Source: Botryllus schlosseri
Taxonomy: Eukaryota
Assembly (NCBI GenBank): GCA_051294905.1
Contig: CM119386.1
Span: forward strand, 6,510,001 to 6,574,000
DNA: 64,000 nucleotides
Direction of reading: 5' to 3'
Part shown: positions 25,201-38,115 of the stretch, in pieces
Position numbering within the stretch: the stretch's first letter is position 1
Layout: the number at the start of each line of letters is the position of its first letter
Made by a program: the position numbers and the translations under genes
The notes under the pieces: model-generated
Databases searched by the model: none
Told to the model about the DNA's origin: nothing
The model's input: only the letters and a program-made list of their open reading frames with translations

Positions 25201-28017
25201 TAACGATACAACACATCCACCGCCAAAAAAGAAGTGAATAAACAATCAAAGCTGGAAATGTGGTTCCTCGGATATATGGAAAGCATCGCCACTGATAAAC
25301 AGCAACTTCCGTGCGACATCGCCACAGAAGCAACAGCGAAATGAGTTCGTTGAAGCAGGATGTAAATCGCGACAAGCAAGTAAACCACCATAATATGCAA
25401 CATAATATACGAAGAGGATTGGAATCAATCTCATGTGTCACCGGCAACCATGTATGACGTCCACCAAAGAATAGAAGCCGGAGGTGAAGGAACGTTTTAC
25501 TCCGGTAACTTGCATGGATTTCCTTTCATTCTTAAAGTTCAGTGCGTGATACGCGTGAATGTATATTATTACTGACCAATCAGAATACTTCAAATTTACT
25601 GAATGCTAGACTCGCAGATTTCGTATCACTGTTTGCGGATTTCGCAAATTGATTACAATTTTCGTTTGCAAAGTGACGTTACACGTGAATTTCTGCCCTT
25701 GTTTGGCGACTTGCGATGTCATACTAGATTACAACGCTATATGATAGGAGGTATCTTGCTGCATTAATGAAGTGGTTAACAAATACGCATCGAAGCAGTT
25801 TTAATAACATAGTGGAAGGTGTGTCCATAGTAAGAATTAGGCAAGGTGTTGGTTGGTTCGATGAGTGGAAAATGGTGCAACGACTATATACGAGGTCATT
25901 TCGCACCACGACTCAAGAGCGCCTCTTGTTAAACAATCAGATGTTCCGTCCCGTGACATTATGAACTCCACTAGTTTTCGACATGAGCAATAAGGTGATA
26001 TCTTATTGTTTTCACGGTCCATTGTGTGATGAAGCAGAATAATCGACGTCTCCAAACCCATAATCTAACTTGCAAGTTCTTCATAAGATTTGTTTTCTTC
26101 GCAGTTACCCGAATTTGTGACGACCTAAAGGTTGCATTGAAGTACCTATCTAAAGAGAACATAAAAAGATATGGACTTGTGAATGGGTGTCAAGTCCCCA
26201 TTGAATTTGATCTTTTACATAGAGGTTCGGGTCACTCAGGTTTGTAAATGCGACGCATATGGGGCAGCTTTTGAATTGCATTGCTAATGTACCGGTTATC
26301 ACTACAGGTGTAATCAAGATGGTCGATTGGTACGAGGACAGTGACTCGTACGTACTGGTTATGGAACGGCAGATCGGAATGGTCGATCTGTGGGAACTAA
26401 CGTGCGATTATGAGCGGTTCCCGGAAAGCGTGGCGCGATTTATCTTCAAGCAGCTGGCAACGGCCATAATGCACTTCCATAACAATGTCGTCGTCCATCG
26501 CGATATCAAACTCGACAATGTCCTGGTGAATCCAACCACGTTTCAAATAAAGCTGATCGGTTTTGGGTGCGGTATCAAATTACAGGTATGTTTTTGCCAC
26601 GGCATTTTCATTTAGTCGTGACTAAAAGTAAAGCTTGATTGTATTTCTGATCTATACATATATGATACACTCATAGTAATTTATCGTGAACTAAAGGCAT
26701 TTCTCGTTAGCACCCGCAATACCAATTTTAACCGAATGTCCGCCACTATGTAAGTTTACTACACGGACATAGCTGGTCGTCAAAGTAGCCAGCATTGATA
26801 CTCTAGTACAGTGGTTCTCTAACTTATGCAAGTAGAAGTGCAATTATAGTCCACAATCATAAGTCATTGAGTGATAAGTGCAAGTATATACAAACGCAAC
26901 TGGGTAGGCCTATATTCCAAAAAAGTAGAAGTATAGCCTACGTCATTACCGACCACCTCCGTACAGTCTGTACGTGAAAATCAGATTCGATGTATACTGT
27001 AACGACATATATTCATTAACAGAACTCTCTTACGAAGTTTGGCGGCATGCGATTGTTCTACGCGCCGGAATGTTTCACTGATCGTCATTACTACGGCAAG
27101 TGCAACGGTGTTTGGTGCCCAGGAATTGTACTCTACGCGATGGATGTAGGTCGACCATCACTGTTAGCGACATCGTGAAGTGCAAGCCTAGTGTGCGGTA
27201 CGGCAAACAAATGTCAAAAACCTACATGCACCTCATCAGCTGGATGTTGCGTAAGGATCAGGACAAGCGACCTACCCTGAAAGCAGTTCTGGCACATCCT
27301 TGCATCCACGCAGAATGATCACATCGCTGCATGATAATGTGTATGATTATGTTACGCGCTTGGATGTTTTTAAAGTTCTAGATCCAAACGTAAATCAATA
27401 TGCGAATACAGATCCTGGCATTTTCGACTTCATATTGTCAGAGGCCTTCTCACATGGAGGTTCCAAGATCTATACATATCTTCATTGCCAATGACTGATA
27501 GAGTGTAATCTATCCGATATTAATAACGGATCTCCTCTTTGTTTACATGATGCTTTTAACGTTTGAACTATATGTTTCTCCGTTTCATATGTTGCAAGTT
27601 CTATTTCAATTTCTATCCTAATAAAATTATTGACGAAATCGCTATATCTGTGTGAATTGATATATACAGTCAGCACCCATTTACTCTCCACATATTCCTC
27701 GGTTGAGATCCGTATGGTTTTGGCCAGGGTTGTATATTTCATCGCTATTAAGGTATACCTCGGCATTGTGTCGACATACTATCGGGATTATTAATTTTAG
27801 GCGTATATCATATGACACAATATAAGAATAAACGTATTTAATTAACCTTCTCATACTAATTACGCATTTTACATCCAGATATTCCTGGTAGTGTTTTCAT
27901 TCTAAGAAAGCGGCATCACCCTTATTTGGAAAATCGGCGCCGTAGCAGACAGACCAGCATATTTTTAATTGAACTCGACAGAGGTATTACATAAGTAGAA
28001 CTTCAACATTAATTACG
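22214..28017 (+). repeat. Segmental duplication unit 2 (paralog of 1380-7975)
   Basis: Colinear with unit 1 apart from the missing 722-bp MITE and small indels. Confidence 0.9.
24850..27318 (+). pseudogene. Pim-like kinase pseudogene D; exons 24850-25504, 26105-26239, 26308-26585, 27023-27318
   Basis: 14-nt deletion and stops in exon 1, G-loop IEAGGEG, DFG->GFG, frameshifted exon 4. Exons 2 and 3 keep the intact sizes (135, 278). Confidence 0.9.
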
Positions 28018-28946
28018 TCTTGGCTTAACAGTCTGCGAAACTTATGCTAAAGGCGCATTTGATATGATTCATATAGGAACAGTATCAAAGAAAACTGTAC
28101 CAGGATACATAGATATGTAATGCAGATATGTGGGACATCTCGAAACAACACAAACTAACCGCTTAAAATGTTCGGAGGTGTAATTGCTAACGATGGTTTG
28201 ATACCATTTTAAGAAGTACCACCATGTCTTTGTTCCCCCTTTTGATGATGTCAGGAATTCCAACTTCGTAAATACTATCATTACTTCAAAGACGTTACTA
28301 CACTGTATTCTCACGATCGGGGACCGGTTGCCATGAGGTTATCGCAGGCTAGCTTCGGTCCATTGCTATATCAATTATTTCGTTGAAGCATGTTCTTCTT
28401 TCGTGACCTCTGGTAAAGATTTTCGCTAATTTTAATATATCGCTCACCGAAGTGCCACCCGACCAAGGAAATACTCCTTTGGTCAGACTCTTCGTGATAT
28501 TCCAAATTCGCAATTTTTCACATGGACGATATTTTCATGTTTGAGCCGCATTTTTATTGCGAGGGTCTAATTGGAAGGACAGGTCTATTCGGCCATATAT
28601 ACGTCTGGGCATCAATATCGAAGGCTTCTGCCAACTCGCGTCGGTTTGAAACCTACATGACAGCATTACGCTGTTAGCTCCTGCAGAGCTGCCAAATTCG
28701 GTATTTTCTCATTTCCCAGACGGCTTGATAAGACGCTGAAAATTGCATTTTTGTCGGTACGCAGCTAACGCAATGCGGAACAAATTTTCCGCGAAAAGCA
28801 AAGTGATAACTCTTCCGTCCCCTCCCCTCCCTCCAAATCAAGTGAAATACCGCACCCAAGACCTCCTCCTAGGTCTGTAAACTTGATCCCAGGCATTGCA
28901 GCAAAACTCAGTGCTGGGAATGTTAGCATGAAAAACAAGGTGACCC

Positions 28947-31900
28947 TGTAGCGACTGTACTCAGTGTCCACTGTACAGGTACATTGTACAAAACTCGCTC
29001 ATCTCAATTGATTGCTTGATTGACTTGATTACCAATTGGTGTCCGTAGCCTTTTCGACGTTCATGTCACTGTAGTATTATGCGCAGTTACTACTAATTCT
29101 CGTCAGGCAGTCGTCGCGAGTGGAGGTCGATCGAGCTCTACAGATAGTGTCGGTCTTACGAGACATACCGCAAAGCCATAGAGACAGCTATTAGTTGTTT
29201 AGTAGAATTAGGTCTTGGAGGTACCAGTCATACATATACCAATCATTCATACAATAGAACCAAGTTCATCCCCCATACCGAGAGTTCTTGAACTCTTCGG
29301 AATGGAGGAACAGAGTCAGAATATGGAGGTCGGCCGCTCGCTCAGCAATTTGAAACGTGGATGCGCGGATGATTCGTCCACCGATGTGGAGCCAAAACAA
29401 AAGATGCGCTCACAAACAGCATATTCTGAACCTAACGCTCCTGTCTTGAATGTCGTCCATTCGGGCAATAAGCAGCGCCTTCGGAGCCTTAATCCACTAT
29501 TCATAGACAACTGCATAAAGCAATTGATCGGGGACTACGACAATTTACGACCCCTCGCCTCTGGGGATCTTCTAATTACCTGTAAAAACAAAGAACAAGT
29601 TACCAAACTGCTTTCGTGCACATCTTTTACATCGAGCACAAGAACAGTTGAGCTAAAAGCAGCATTATATGCAGCAATCAATTGCAAATCGAAAGCCATC
29701 ATCCGCGGCGTACCTCTCGATGTTACCAATGACATTCTACTACTTTCTTTCAAACAATACGGCGTCATTACCACGAAACGATTGAAACGCAGGGTTGCAG
29801 ATAAATATGAACTGTGCGAGACAGTCTTGCTAGGCTTTGAAACAGACACCGCCCCCAAAGAAGTGAGGTTATCTTATCTCAACTTCCCTACGTATGAATA
29901 TCGAGAACCCCCTCGACGATGCTTCAACTGCAATGATTTTGGACACATATCCAAAACATGCAGGCGTTCTATACGCTGTCCTAGATGTGGTAAAGGCCAT
30001 CAGATAAACGATTGTACGGAAACCCAGAAACGATGCTCTAACTGTGGTCAGGCACATAGCTCTGCCTATGCTGGATGTAGGCGTTAAAAGCAAGAGGCTA
30101 AAATCCAAGCTTTGCGCTCTAAGCAGAAACTAAATTACAGAGATGCCCGAAGTCTTATAATAGGGTCGAACCGATTCCAGGTCCTCAGTAACACAGACAA
30201 CGAAAGCCAATCACCGATGAACGCGTCAGATCAACCTCCTTCGCATACATACAGCAATGCTGTGAGAACGCCAATCTCGCGACCTCGACAATCCCCGAAT
30301 CCACCAAACCAACCGTCTCAAACATCCATACCGATCCACTCAATCCCAGTACCTCCTTTGAACTCTCAACGATCGAACGCACACAACCTTCAACGATCGA
30401 ACGCACACTGTCTGTCACAAACAAACGTAACTGAGCCATTGAACACCACTTCTACTTCTCAAGGGAGTGTAGCCTATAGCCCTGTGACACCGAACCATCA
30501 AAGACTTATTCCCCCGTCTATTTCACCTCCACCTATATGCGTACATCCAGATCAGTTGGTTGCTTTGATCACCAAAACTATCGAAAACGCACTTCAAGCA
30601 ATGACCGAAGGTAACCAGATTAATGTCGCGTCTGTGTTGGCATTCACTGCGGAAACAACTTTTAACGTAGATTTCAAAAATCAACTATTTCGTCAATCCG
30701 ATGGCAGTCCCCAATAATTCTCTTACAATCCTGCAGTGGAATTGCCGGGGCATATACCGGAAAATACCGGAATTAAAGCGCTATATCGGGAGTTTACCTG
30801 ATACACCCGAGATCATTTTCATTCAGGAAACGCATCTCTCGAGCAAATACACCCCGCGAATAAGGGGATTTACACTGATTCGCAAGGACAAGGAAGGCCA
30901 CGGTGGCGGAGTATGTATCTTCATTAAAAATACTATACCATACGTGGAAATAGCCTTTAACAGCCACAACCCGACAAGCATGCTAGGCATGCAACTGAGA
31001 GGACAACAATCGACTCGGTGATACCGGTGACCCCGGCCGAAGCAAAGTCCGCATTGTCCACAACATTCATGGAAGAATGGAGACAAATTTACGCCACCTC
31101 GGACTCTGCGCAGCAATACAAGACACTCTTCGAAGCCTCGTCTGTATATCCTCCGTCAGAAAGACGCGAAGTTGACACAATCCTTTTCCGCCTAAGAACC
31201 GGTCATTGCCGGTTAAATGGACACCTTCATCGTCTCAATTTGCACAGTACGGGACTATGCGACAGCTGTGGCTGCCAAGAAACGTTGTCCCATTTCTTGT
31301 TACACTGCCCCCAATACGGGCACTACAGACGTAAACTAATAGAAGAGGCCACATGCATCCATATTCCGTTCACTATTAAGGACATTTTATCCGAACCATT
31401 GCTAGATGCCGAAATCTACGAATTTGTCGGGAAAACCGGGCGCATATTATGAATGTGCCAAATGCTTACATCATCCTAGTCGTACTGTGTATAAAGCGTA
31501 AATCGCTACACACAAATATAATTATCTATCTATCTATCTATGCGCAGTTACTAACATCGCTCGCAATGAACGGAGCTGTCGCTTCATTGGTGACCACGAC
31601 AGGCAAAAACACGATTCTGCACTACGTGGAGTCGAGCATGCATCAGCAAGCAGTCAATGCTAATTTGGTAGCTGTTAAGTTCCCAAAATTTTGGGCAGAG
31701 TAGTCACGAGTTTGGTTTCGACAAGCGGAAGCACAGTTCGCCTCGAAAGGAGTGACTGACGTATAGTTTCAGCTTTAGATCAGACCACAAAAATAGCTGA
31801 TTGAACTATTGAAGTAACCTCCGCAATCAGAGAAGTACAACACAGTCAACATCAGGTTATTGCAGTTCTTTGTCTCGTCTCTGCCATAACGAGCTTACCC

Positions 31901-32100
31901 AATGCCCAACTGTTGAATATGTCACCTCTTGGTGACAGAAAACCGGCGGATACATGGAAGAAATGCTCGCACTGCTACATCCTAACACCTGCATCGTTTT
32001 CGTCCACTTATTCCTACAGCAAATGGCAGAGCACGTGCTGATGGTGCTGGCAAATCAGGATCTACATAATCCACGGGTTGTACCTCAGTGGGCTGATTGT
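28947..32100 (+). mobile_element. Degenerate CsRn1-like Gypsy remnant: 5' LTR (28947-29092 + 31554-31586), tRNA-Trp PBS 31588-31600, decayed gag ~31650-32100
   Basis: LTR ends TGTAGCGAC...GTCGCTTCA (8/9 inverted match). TGGTGACCACGAC matches the tRNA-Trp 3' end complement TGGTGACCCCGAC at 12/13. Gag pieces VAVKFPKFWAE*SRVWFRQAEAQF and GDRKP...MEEMLALL...LFLQQM. No 3' LTR seen. Confidence 0.7.
29093..31538 (+). mobile_element. Internally deleted I-clade-type LINE with both ends intact: 5' UTR, ORF1 (~29302-30717, stop at 30085-30087), ORF2 start fused out of frame to its C-terminus; RT and most of RNase H missing
   Basis: 15-bp TSD TATGCGCAGTTACTA at 29078-29092 and 31539-31553. (TATC)4 tail. 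ORF1 has three CCHC-type knuckles (CFNCNDFGHISKTC, CPRCGKGHQINDC, CSNCGQAHSSAYAGC). ORF2 ILQWNCRG...QETH switches near 30971 to DKHARHA...RLRTGHC...CDSCGCQETLSHFLLHC. Confidence 0.92.
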
Positions 32101-32959
32101 ATTAGCCCAGTGGCGTCAGTTTTCGGTATAATGGTCCTTCGTTAATATTGCTGTTATTATTGCTGGGCTGCTCAGGAAGACTGCTAAAAAATCGCGGTCA
32201 CCGAAAAATACTCCGTCGTACCAGAAGCGCGTCAGTCGAGCATCGACTGCTACAAAACTTTCACATATTGAACCTGAGTATACCCTATCCGAAGTGCGTC
32301 ACATATAAGCATCGACTGTTACAAAACTTCTACATAAACCAATTCATATTGAAAACAAGTCCTATGAAAATGAGTATAGAGTGAAAGTAGTCGTCCAGAG
32401 GAAACCTTCCAGAATTACCAGGATCTAATTAGCAAGTAACTGAAAAACCACAGGGGTCTTCGCTACCATAAAGTCATAACATATGCGCTCCAACGATGCG
32501 CGAGATGCTCAATTATGAAGATGGTAATACTCGTGCTTTGAATTTGACTGATGGTATGTACAGAATCATGAATTGAACGGGAAGCGGAAAGATAGTAGCC
32601 GTTCAATTTACCCCATCTGGTCACCTTGTCGCTGCCAGCCCTGTTTACCGCATTCTTGTTAAGAAGCGAGCTAGTCGCGTTGTCCGACTTTTCCCGCTAC
32701 CATAGGCTTGTTTATACGCTAGTCGTATGGTTACTTTACTGCTGACATATGGAAAGCGTGACACATTGTTGATTCCAAGGTCTATGCTATAGGACTGACA
32801 GTGGTGATTGGTATTGGCCGACTCAGATATATTCTTTCCCATCCCAACTAGTACGAAACAAGACGACCAAGTGGGCGAATATCTTCTTGCATATATGTAT
32901 ATGTATCGACTTTCAATTGAATAAAAGGGCAAAAGAAAACAGGAAACAAAAGAACATCA

Positions 32960-33300
32960 AGATAATCAGTTTGGGGCGCTTGTTAAGCGCCTCCAGCGAG
33001 GGTAGTCGTGGGCGTCTTCGAGCGAAAGCCCGCGTAGCGCTAGCTCGGTCTTTTTTGTCGATCGCCATGTGGTTCTCTATTCCAGCCACCTCTGCGCCAG
33101 GGCTCCGTCGGAATGTGGTTGATGATGGCGGCGGCTGGTTGATCGTCTTGATGCCGCACTAGATTACCGATTAGGCGGAAGCGTCGTTCAGCAGCCAGCA
33201 AACGGCTTGGGACCGTTTTTGTGAGTTTGCGCACGCAGAGCATTGGTGGATGTGCTCCGGGCTACGTACAGCTCGGACGTGCTGCGCAGTATAAGGCAGT
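32960..33300 (+). mobile_element. Possible DIRS/Ngaro-like retroelement remnant
   Basis: GC-rich patch. FSIPATSAPGLRRNVVDD resembles the DIRS RNase H end (I.A.HIPG..N..AD). TAWDRFCEF resembles the N-terminal part of tyrosine recombinases. Motif resemblance only. Confidence 0.3.
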
Positions 33301-34352
33301 AAACAGAGTAGACCAAGTCGGAAGTACGACGAAGACTTTGCTACCTCAAGTTACTGCGTACTCGCAGAGGGGTACAATATCAACAGAAAGAGATCTTCCG
33401 GGCGGCGCCGGGGACCAGAAGCCTAAACCAAGATCCCTGAGGATTAGCCTAAAACCAACAGTATAACTTGGACCGTCTTACAACACCGTTGAAGAATCGC
33501 TGGTTATGTCCTAGAAACAAACCCCGGTACCCCGGTAATGAATAAACAAATAAACAGGAACAAAAACAAAGCTGGCTGACTATATCACATCGCTTCCGAA
33601 AATGAATTCACGTGTATGGGCTCTTGAGCATTCTAGGTGAGGAGTGATGAGCCATAAAGAAATTATAACCACCGTGACAATGTTTTCGATAGCATAAGCA
33701 CTAGCAGGTAGGCTACCATATTGTACGTAATTCATAAATACTTTCCCGAGTAAACAGTCCAGCCACCCCCAATTCCGATCCTGTCATGAATGACATACTC
33801 TGGGCACTAGCTTGTCGGGTAGTGCTGTCGACAATGGATGGCATCACTGGAATTATCAGGGTTTACACTGGCGTAACCAGGAGGGGCGGAAGGGGCCATG
33901 CCACAATTTTTTAATAAATTTGTTACCTAATGCTCGTCAAGGATTAAAATGGATCTAATGCTCGTTAAGGATTAAAATAGATCTAATGCACGGGATTGCT
34001 GTTTTATCCCAAAGAGGGGTAACATGTGAAAAATTGCATTTTTCGACTTCATCGAACAAATACGGATGAACCCCTTACCAAATATACCCCGAAGAAATAC
34101 TATCCTGTTCAGCATCCCAAGATACGTCAATCTTCAAATTTTCAAGTAGATTGTATGATGTTTTTCTGTCTCGAAGATGGTTACTAGTAGAAAACAACAG
34201 AATATTGACAAGCCATTTCGATTCTGTAATATCTAACACTATTTCTTCAAAACATTTCAATACATTTTTCACACTTGAAGGCCACAGTATTTTCACACTT
34301 GAAGGCCACAGTAGAGTATGTTTTTCCTTCTGCCTCTTCAAGTTGTTCGTTT

Positions 34353-34700
34353 TTATCGTTCATCCATCCTTTTTCGCTGACGGTGTGCATTTGTTTCTTG
34401 CAGATTTATAGCATTCGTGATGCGCCGCGAGTCTTTTTGTTTCACGTAACAGTGGGATCGGGGTGACGTTACCAATCTAATGTCAGAGTATTGCAGATGA
34501 TTCCCTATTCCATTCGATAACAAAGTCCGCAACAACACTGTTTTTCCAATACACTTGGCTTTTGAGCACTTGCTCCACACTGTGTTGTGATGTGATTCAT
34601 TCGCATTTTGTGTGGGAAGTTCCAGGAATCTTTTCAAAAATTCAGTATTCCCCAGTTTGTCAAATTTCCTTTTCAATACTTCAAATATTTTCTCCGTCAA
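34353..34700 (-). mobile_element. DDE DNA-transposase C-terminal remnant (TQNxNES motif; Mutator-like/Kolobok-type)
   Basis: LKRFLELPTQNANESHHNTVWSKCSK matches the L.RCL.G.TQN.NES.H..IW..CPK motif. Termini not resolved. Confidence 0.5.
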
Positions 34701-35201
34701 TGGTTTGTGAGCTCTCTTCTATCATCATGTGGGAAAACACCTAATTTGCATACGTTTGATAAAAATTTGGTCAAAATTGAGTTTTTATGGTAAAAAAAGT
34801 CAAAATGTGATTTTTTTCAGGTCAAAATCTTCCATTTTTTGAATGAAAATAGTCGCTGTAGTCATCACTTCAGCCCGACTTCCGATTTACCCGCTTTCTT
34901 ACGATAATATGTGGTGTTGCCTGCGTCGGATCGAGTTTTTTATCGCATTTTATTACTTCACACACGATATGGTTATGGAGAACACACAACAACTGCACCA
35001 TAAAAGGAGTGTTTTGCTCTGCAATACACTCCATGTTGGCCGTCGCAACTCCACTATTCATTACATCACATCTCATATTCGATTCACAAAATAACATGGA
35101 CTCTTGAAACCTTGAAGCTGAGCAAAAGGTCTGAGCCCTATCCTATGGACTAGCGGTTTGAGTAGGCTGTATAGAAAACGAAAAGATTGTTGTCAGCATG
35201 A

Positions 35202-35269
35202 GATAGGCCTATCAAGCTTCCCTCGCGAAGCTTGATAGGCCTATCAAGCTTCCCTCGCGAAGCTTGATA
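35202..35269. repeat. 2x 32-bp tandem repeat built from palindromes
   Basis: Unit GATAGGCCTATCAAGCTTCCCTCGCGAAGCTT. GATAGGCCTATC is self-complementary; ATCAAGCTT...AAGCTTGAT is an inverted pair. Confidence 0.85.
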
Positions 35270-35629
35270 AGTCAAGCTGTGACTTCGGACACTGGTGGAC
35301 AGCATACAGGGGTGCACCCGGCCGCGGTGCAATTATCATCGCATTTTAGTGCAAATTATAAACAGTGACAATTTGTGTTGGTGAATTCAAGTTGTAGTTG
35401 TGCCGGTACATTTCTCTATAATTGTGCATATAATATTCAACTCATTTTATTTAGCTTTCATATTACTTGAAATGCTTTGCTCTGTCCCCCAAAACAAAAT
35501 GAGGTCACATGGTTTTATTTTCCTATAATTTGTCTCGTCTGAAAGGTTGCTGACCACTGAAATAGAATGTCTCTAGTCACAGAGGACTTGTTCGAGCTGC
35601 GGGCAACCACCACTAGAGTCGAAACGCAT

Positions 35630-35745
35630 GTTAATGAAAATGACTCCCCAGTCAAGCCAAGTTGAAGAAAAGTTGTGACTCGACTCTGACTCCCCAGTCG
35701 AGCCAAGTTGACGAAAAGTTGTGACTCGACTCGAGTCATTACAAT
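35630..35745. repeat. GACTC-rich MITE fragment, similar to the family in copy C intron 3; related patches at ~55170-55320 and ~63585-63605
   Basis: Clustered GACTC/GAGTC/CAAG motifs and a ~46-bp internal duplication. Confidence 0.45.
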
Positions 35746-36451
35746 CCTGAATATAAACTCCTCGCTGTCCTCGAGCAATGATTGCTTCTCGAGCAATGAT
35801 TGATTCGAACGTCGGATTTCACAATATTATTGTCTGGCCGGATTTATTGGCCTCCGATTTCCAACTGTCTTATCGACTGATGGATTAGGTTTCGGAATTT
35901 GCCACTATACCCGCTCATTATTATGGGCTACCTAAAGGGGAAGTCGGTAATAGGGATATTTCATTCTCCGTTCATTTCGCTAAGTGTGGCACTGTACACT
36001 GGTAGACAATGCTAGAAGAGGTCTGCTTGGATCGTAAACTATTTAATGCTCTGTGGCAACGAACCCATCAATCGAGAATGTCAGGGGTTCTGGTCACTTC
36101 GGTCCTAGAATATGTATGAACGCTTATAGATTGCTGCCCAAACGTATCTCTGCCGAGAGAACGCCCGACTAATGACCATATGTGACTGATGAAATCATAG
36201 CTTATACAGGCAAATGTTACATAATTCATTGCTGTATACTATAATTGAAATTACAGTCAGGAATGTATAATCAGACGAATGTATATAATCAGACGTGATC
36301 AGAGTATAGCCAGCGCTGATTCACAAGTAGAAGTACACGACATAAATGTCTTGTCAATTATACGGGTAGAAATGGTGATGCAAAATTATTTCAAGTGGAA
36401 GGCGAAAATGAGAGTGTGATATTTAAAGAATGTATAAAAAGTTGACTTAGT

Positions 36452-36810
36452 TCATCGTCGGAAGCGTCTAAATGAGCTGAAAAATCGCCGTGTGACTCCA
36501 GGCTCTTGTATATAGTTACGTAGCCATGGATGCGCCAGAATATACTCGAGGGTGAGACGCTTTTCTTCATCCTTATGGAACAAACCTTCAAGGCTTCGGT
36601 ACGATTTTGTAAACTTTCTGCCCAGACTGTGATTAACTTCACAGTTTATAATCTCCTCCCCGTTGTTGAATGGCCGCCGTCCTTCGACCAACATGTAGAG
36701 CACGATGCCAAGACCCCAGATGTCGAGGCGATCTCCGAAGTAGCAACCTTCTGTGCACCATTTAGGGGATGGTAAACCCGAGTTCCTGATAGCTGCAGTT
36801 CAGGGATCAC
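36452..36810 (-). pseudogene. Orphan terminal exon (exon 4) of a G-type Pim-like kinase, frameshifted
   Basis: Close paralog of 57808-58173 including acceptor flank and 3' UTR (VIPELQLSGTRV...MLVEGRRPFNN...RRFRR*). 1-nt loss in the YPPEW codons. No matching exons 1-3 adjacent. Confidence 0.85.
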
Positions 36811-36859
36811 CTGTAAATAAAAAATCACTAATAAATATTAATTTTCTATTAGTTTCGGA

Positions 36860-38115
36860 CTCGTCTGAATCGTCGTTTAGCCACTGGTGGCATAAAATGT
36901 ACCCGACAGAAGGGCGCTTGTGTTGGTATTTATGCAGCTATAATTTTACGAGCTTGCGGTATGATTTCGAAAATGTTCTACCCCGTCTGAGGTTTACGCT
37001 TTACAATTTCATCGTCGTCTTGGAATGACAGCCGACCTTCGACCAACGTGTACAGTAGTACGCCCGGGTACCGTACGTCGAGGCGATCTCCATAATACCA
37101 TTCCGGGGGGTAAAAATAGGTGTTCCAGCTAGAAGTAGTTTAGGAACGTTCTGGGATAGTATAGATATCTGGAGCCTAATTAATAGATTATTGCGTCAAA
37201 TAATTGCTGGCGATGCATTAGCGTGGCCATCGTGAGCATCAAGGCCCGTAACACCGGTGGCTTTGATATGGAAATGGGAATTATCTAATTATGCGATTCT
37301 TATGATATCGCGGGATAATGTACTTTGGCGTGGAATGCGAAATGATTCCTAGATTTCCCGCAGATTTCGGTATATCACGAGTCTAATTAAGACCAAATTA
37401 GAGACTGGATTTGCATTTAATAGTATTTCGACACGAGATGCACAATTCATTATAAAGCACAAACCTTCAGACTGGTGGCGCATCGAATGTCTTCGACAGA
37501 AGGGCGCTTATGATGATCTTTATGCAGCAATAATTTTACGAGGTTTCGGTATGTTCTCGAAAATGTTTTACCCCGAATGTGGTGAACTAATTACACTTTA
37601 CGATTTCATCCTCGTCTTGGAATGGCGGCCGACCTTCCAACGTGTACAGTAGTACGCCCAGGCACCATACGTCGAGGCGATCTCCATAGTAGCTTTCCTC
37701 TGTATACCATTCTGGCGGGTAATAAATAGGTGTTCCAGCTATAACTAAGTTCAGGAACGTCCTGAAATAGAATAATAGAATACTCAATTATTATATAGAT
37801 ATCTGCGGAGCTACATTAATAGACCATTGCGTGAAATAATCGCTGTCGAGGCATAAACGTGGTCATTGTGAGCATCAAGGCCTGTACACTGGTGGCTTGG
37901 ATATGGAAATTTGAATTATCAAATTGATTTTGCGATTCTGATGATATCGCGGGACAATTTGTACTTCGGAGTGGAATGCGAAATTATCACTAGATTTCCC
38001 GTAGATTTCGTCATATCACAAATCGAAAGACTAAAGTAGAGACTGAATTTTTTTGATTTAATAGTATTTCGACACGAGATGTACATTATAAAGTACAAAC
38101 CTTCAGACTGGTGGC
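36860..38115 (-). repeat. Tandem duplication (~630 bp) of exon-3 end + intron 3 + exon 4 of Pim pseudogene F
   Basis: gatgcgccaccagtctgaag|gtttgt (minus strand) occurs at ~38101-38120 and ~37465-37485, each followed by intron 3 and a YPPEW/DRLDVW exon-4 copy. Confidence 0.8.

Noticed and set aside
22214-28017. Unit D as a LINE 3' transduction
   Set aside because: All introns are retained in the sense orientation, and no tail or TSD is seen at ~28017.
28020-28700. Minus-strand scraps MRLKHENIV and EYFLGRGG resembling another kinase
   Set aside because: They lie in different frames and in the wrong order for a kinase domain, with no HRD or DFG. Too weak without a translated search.
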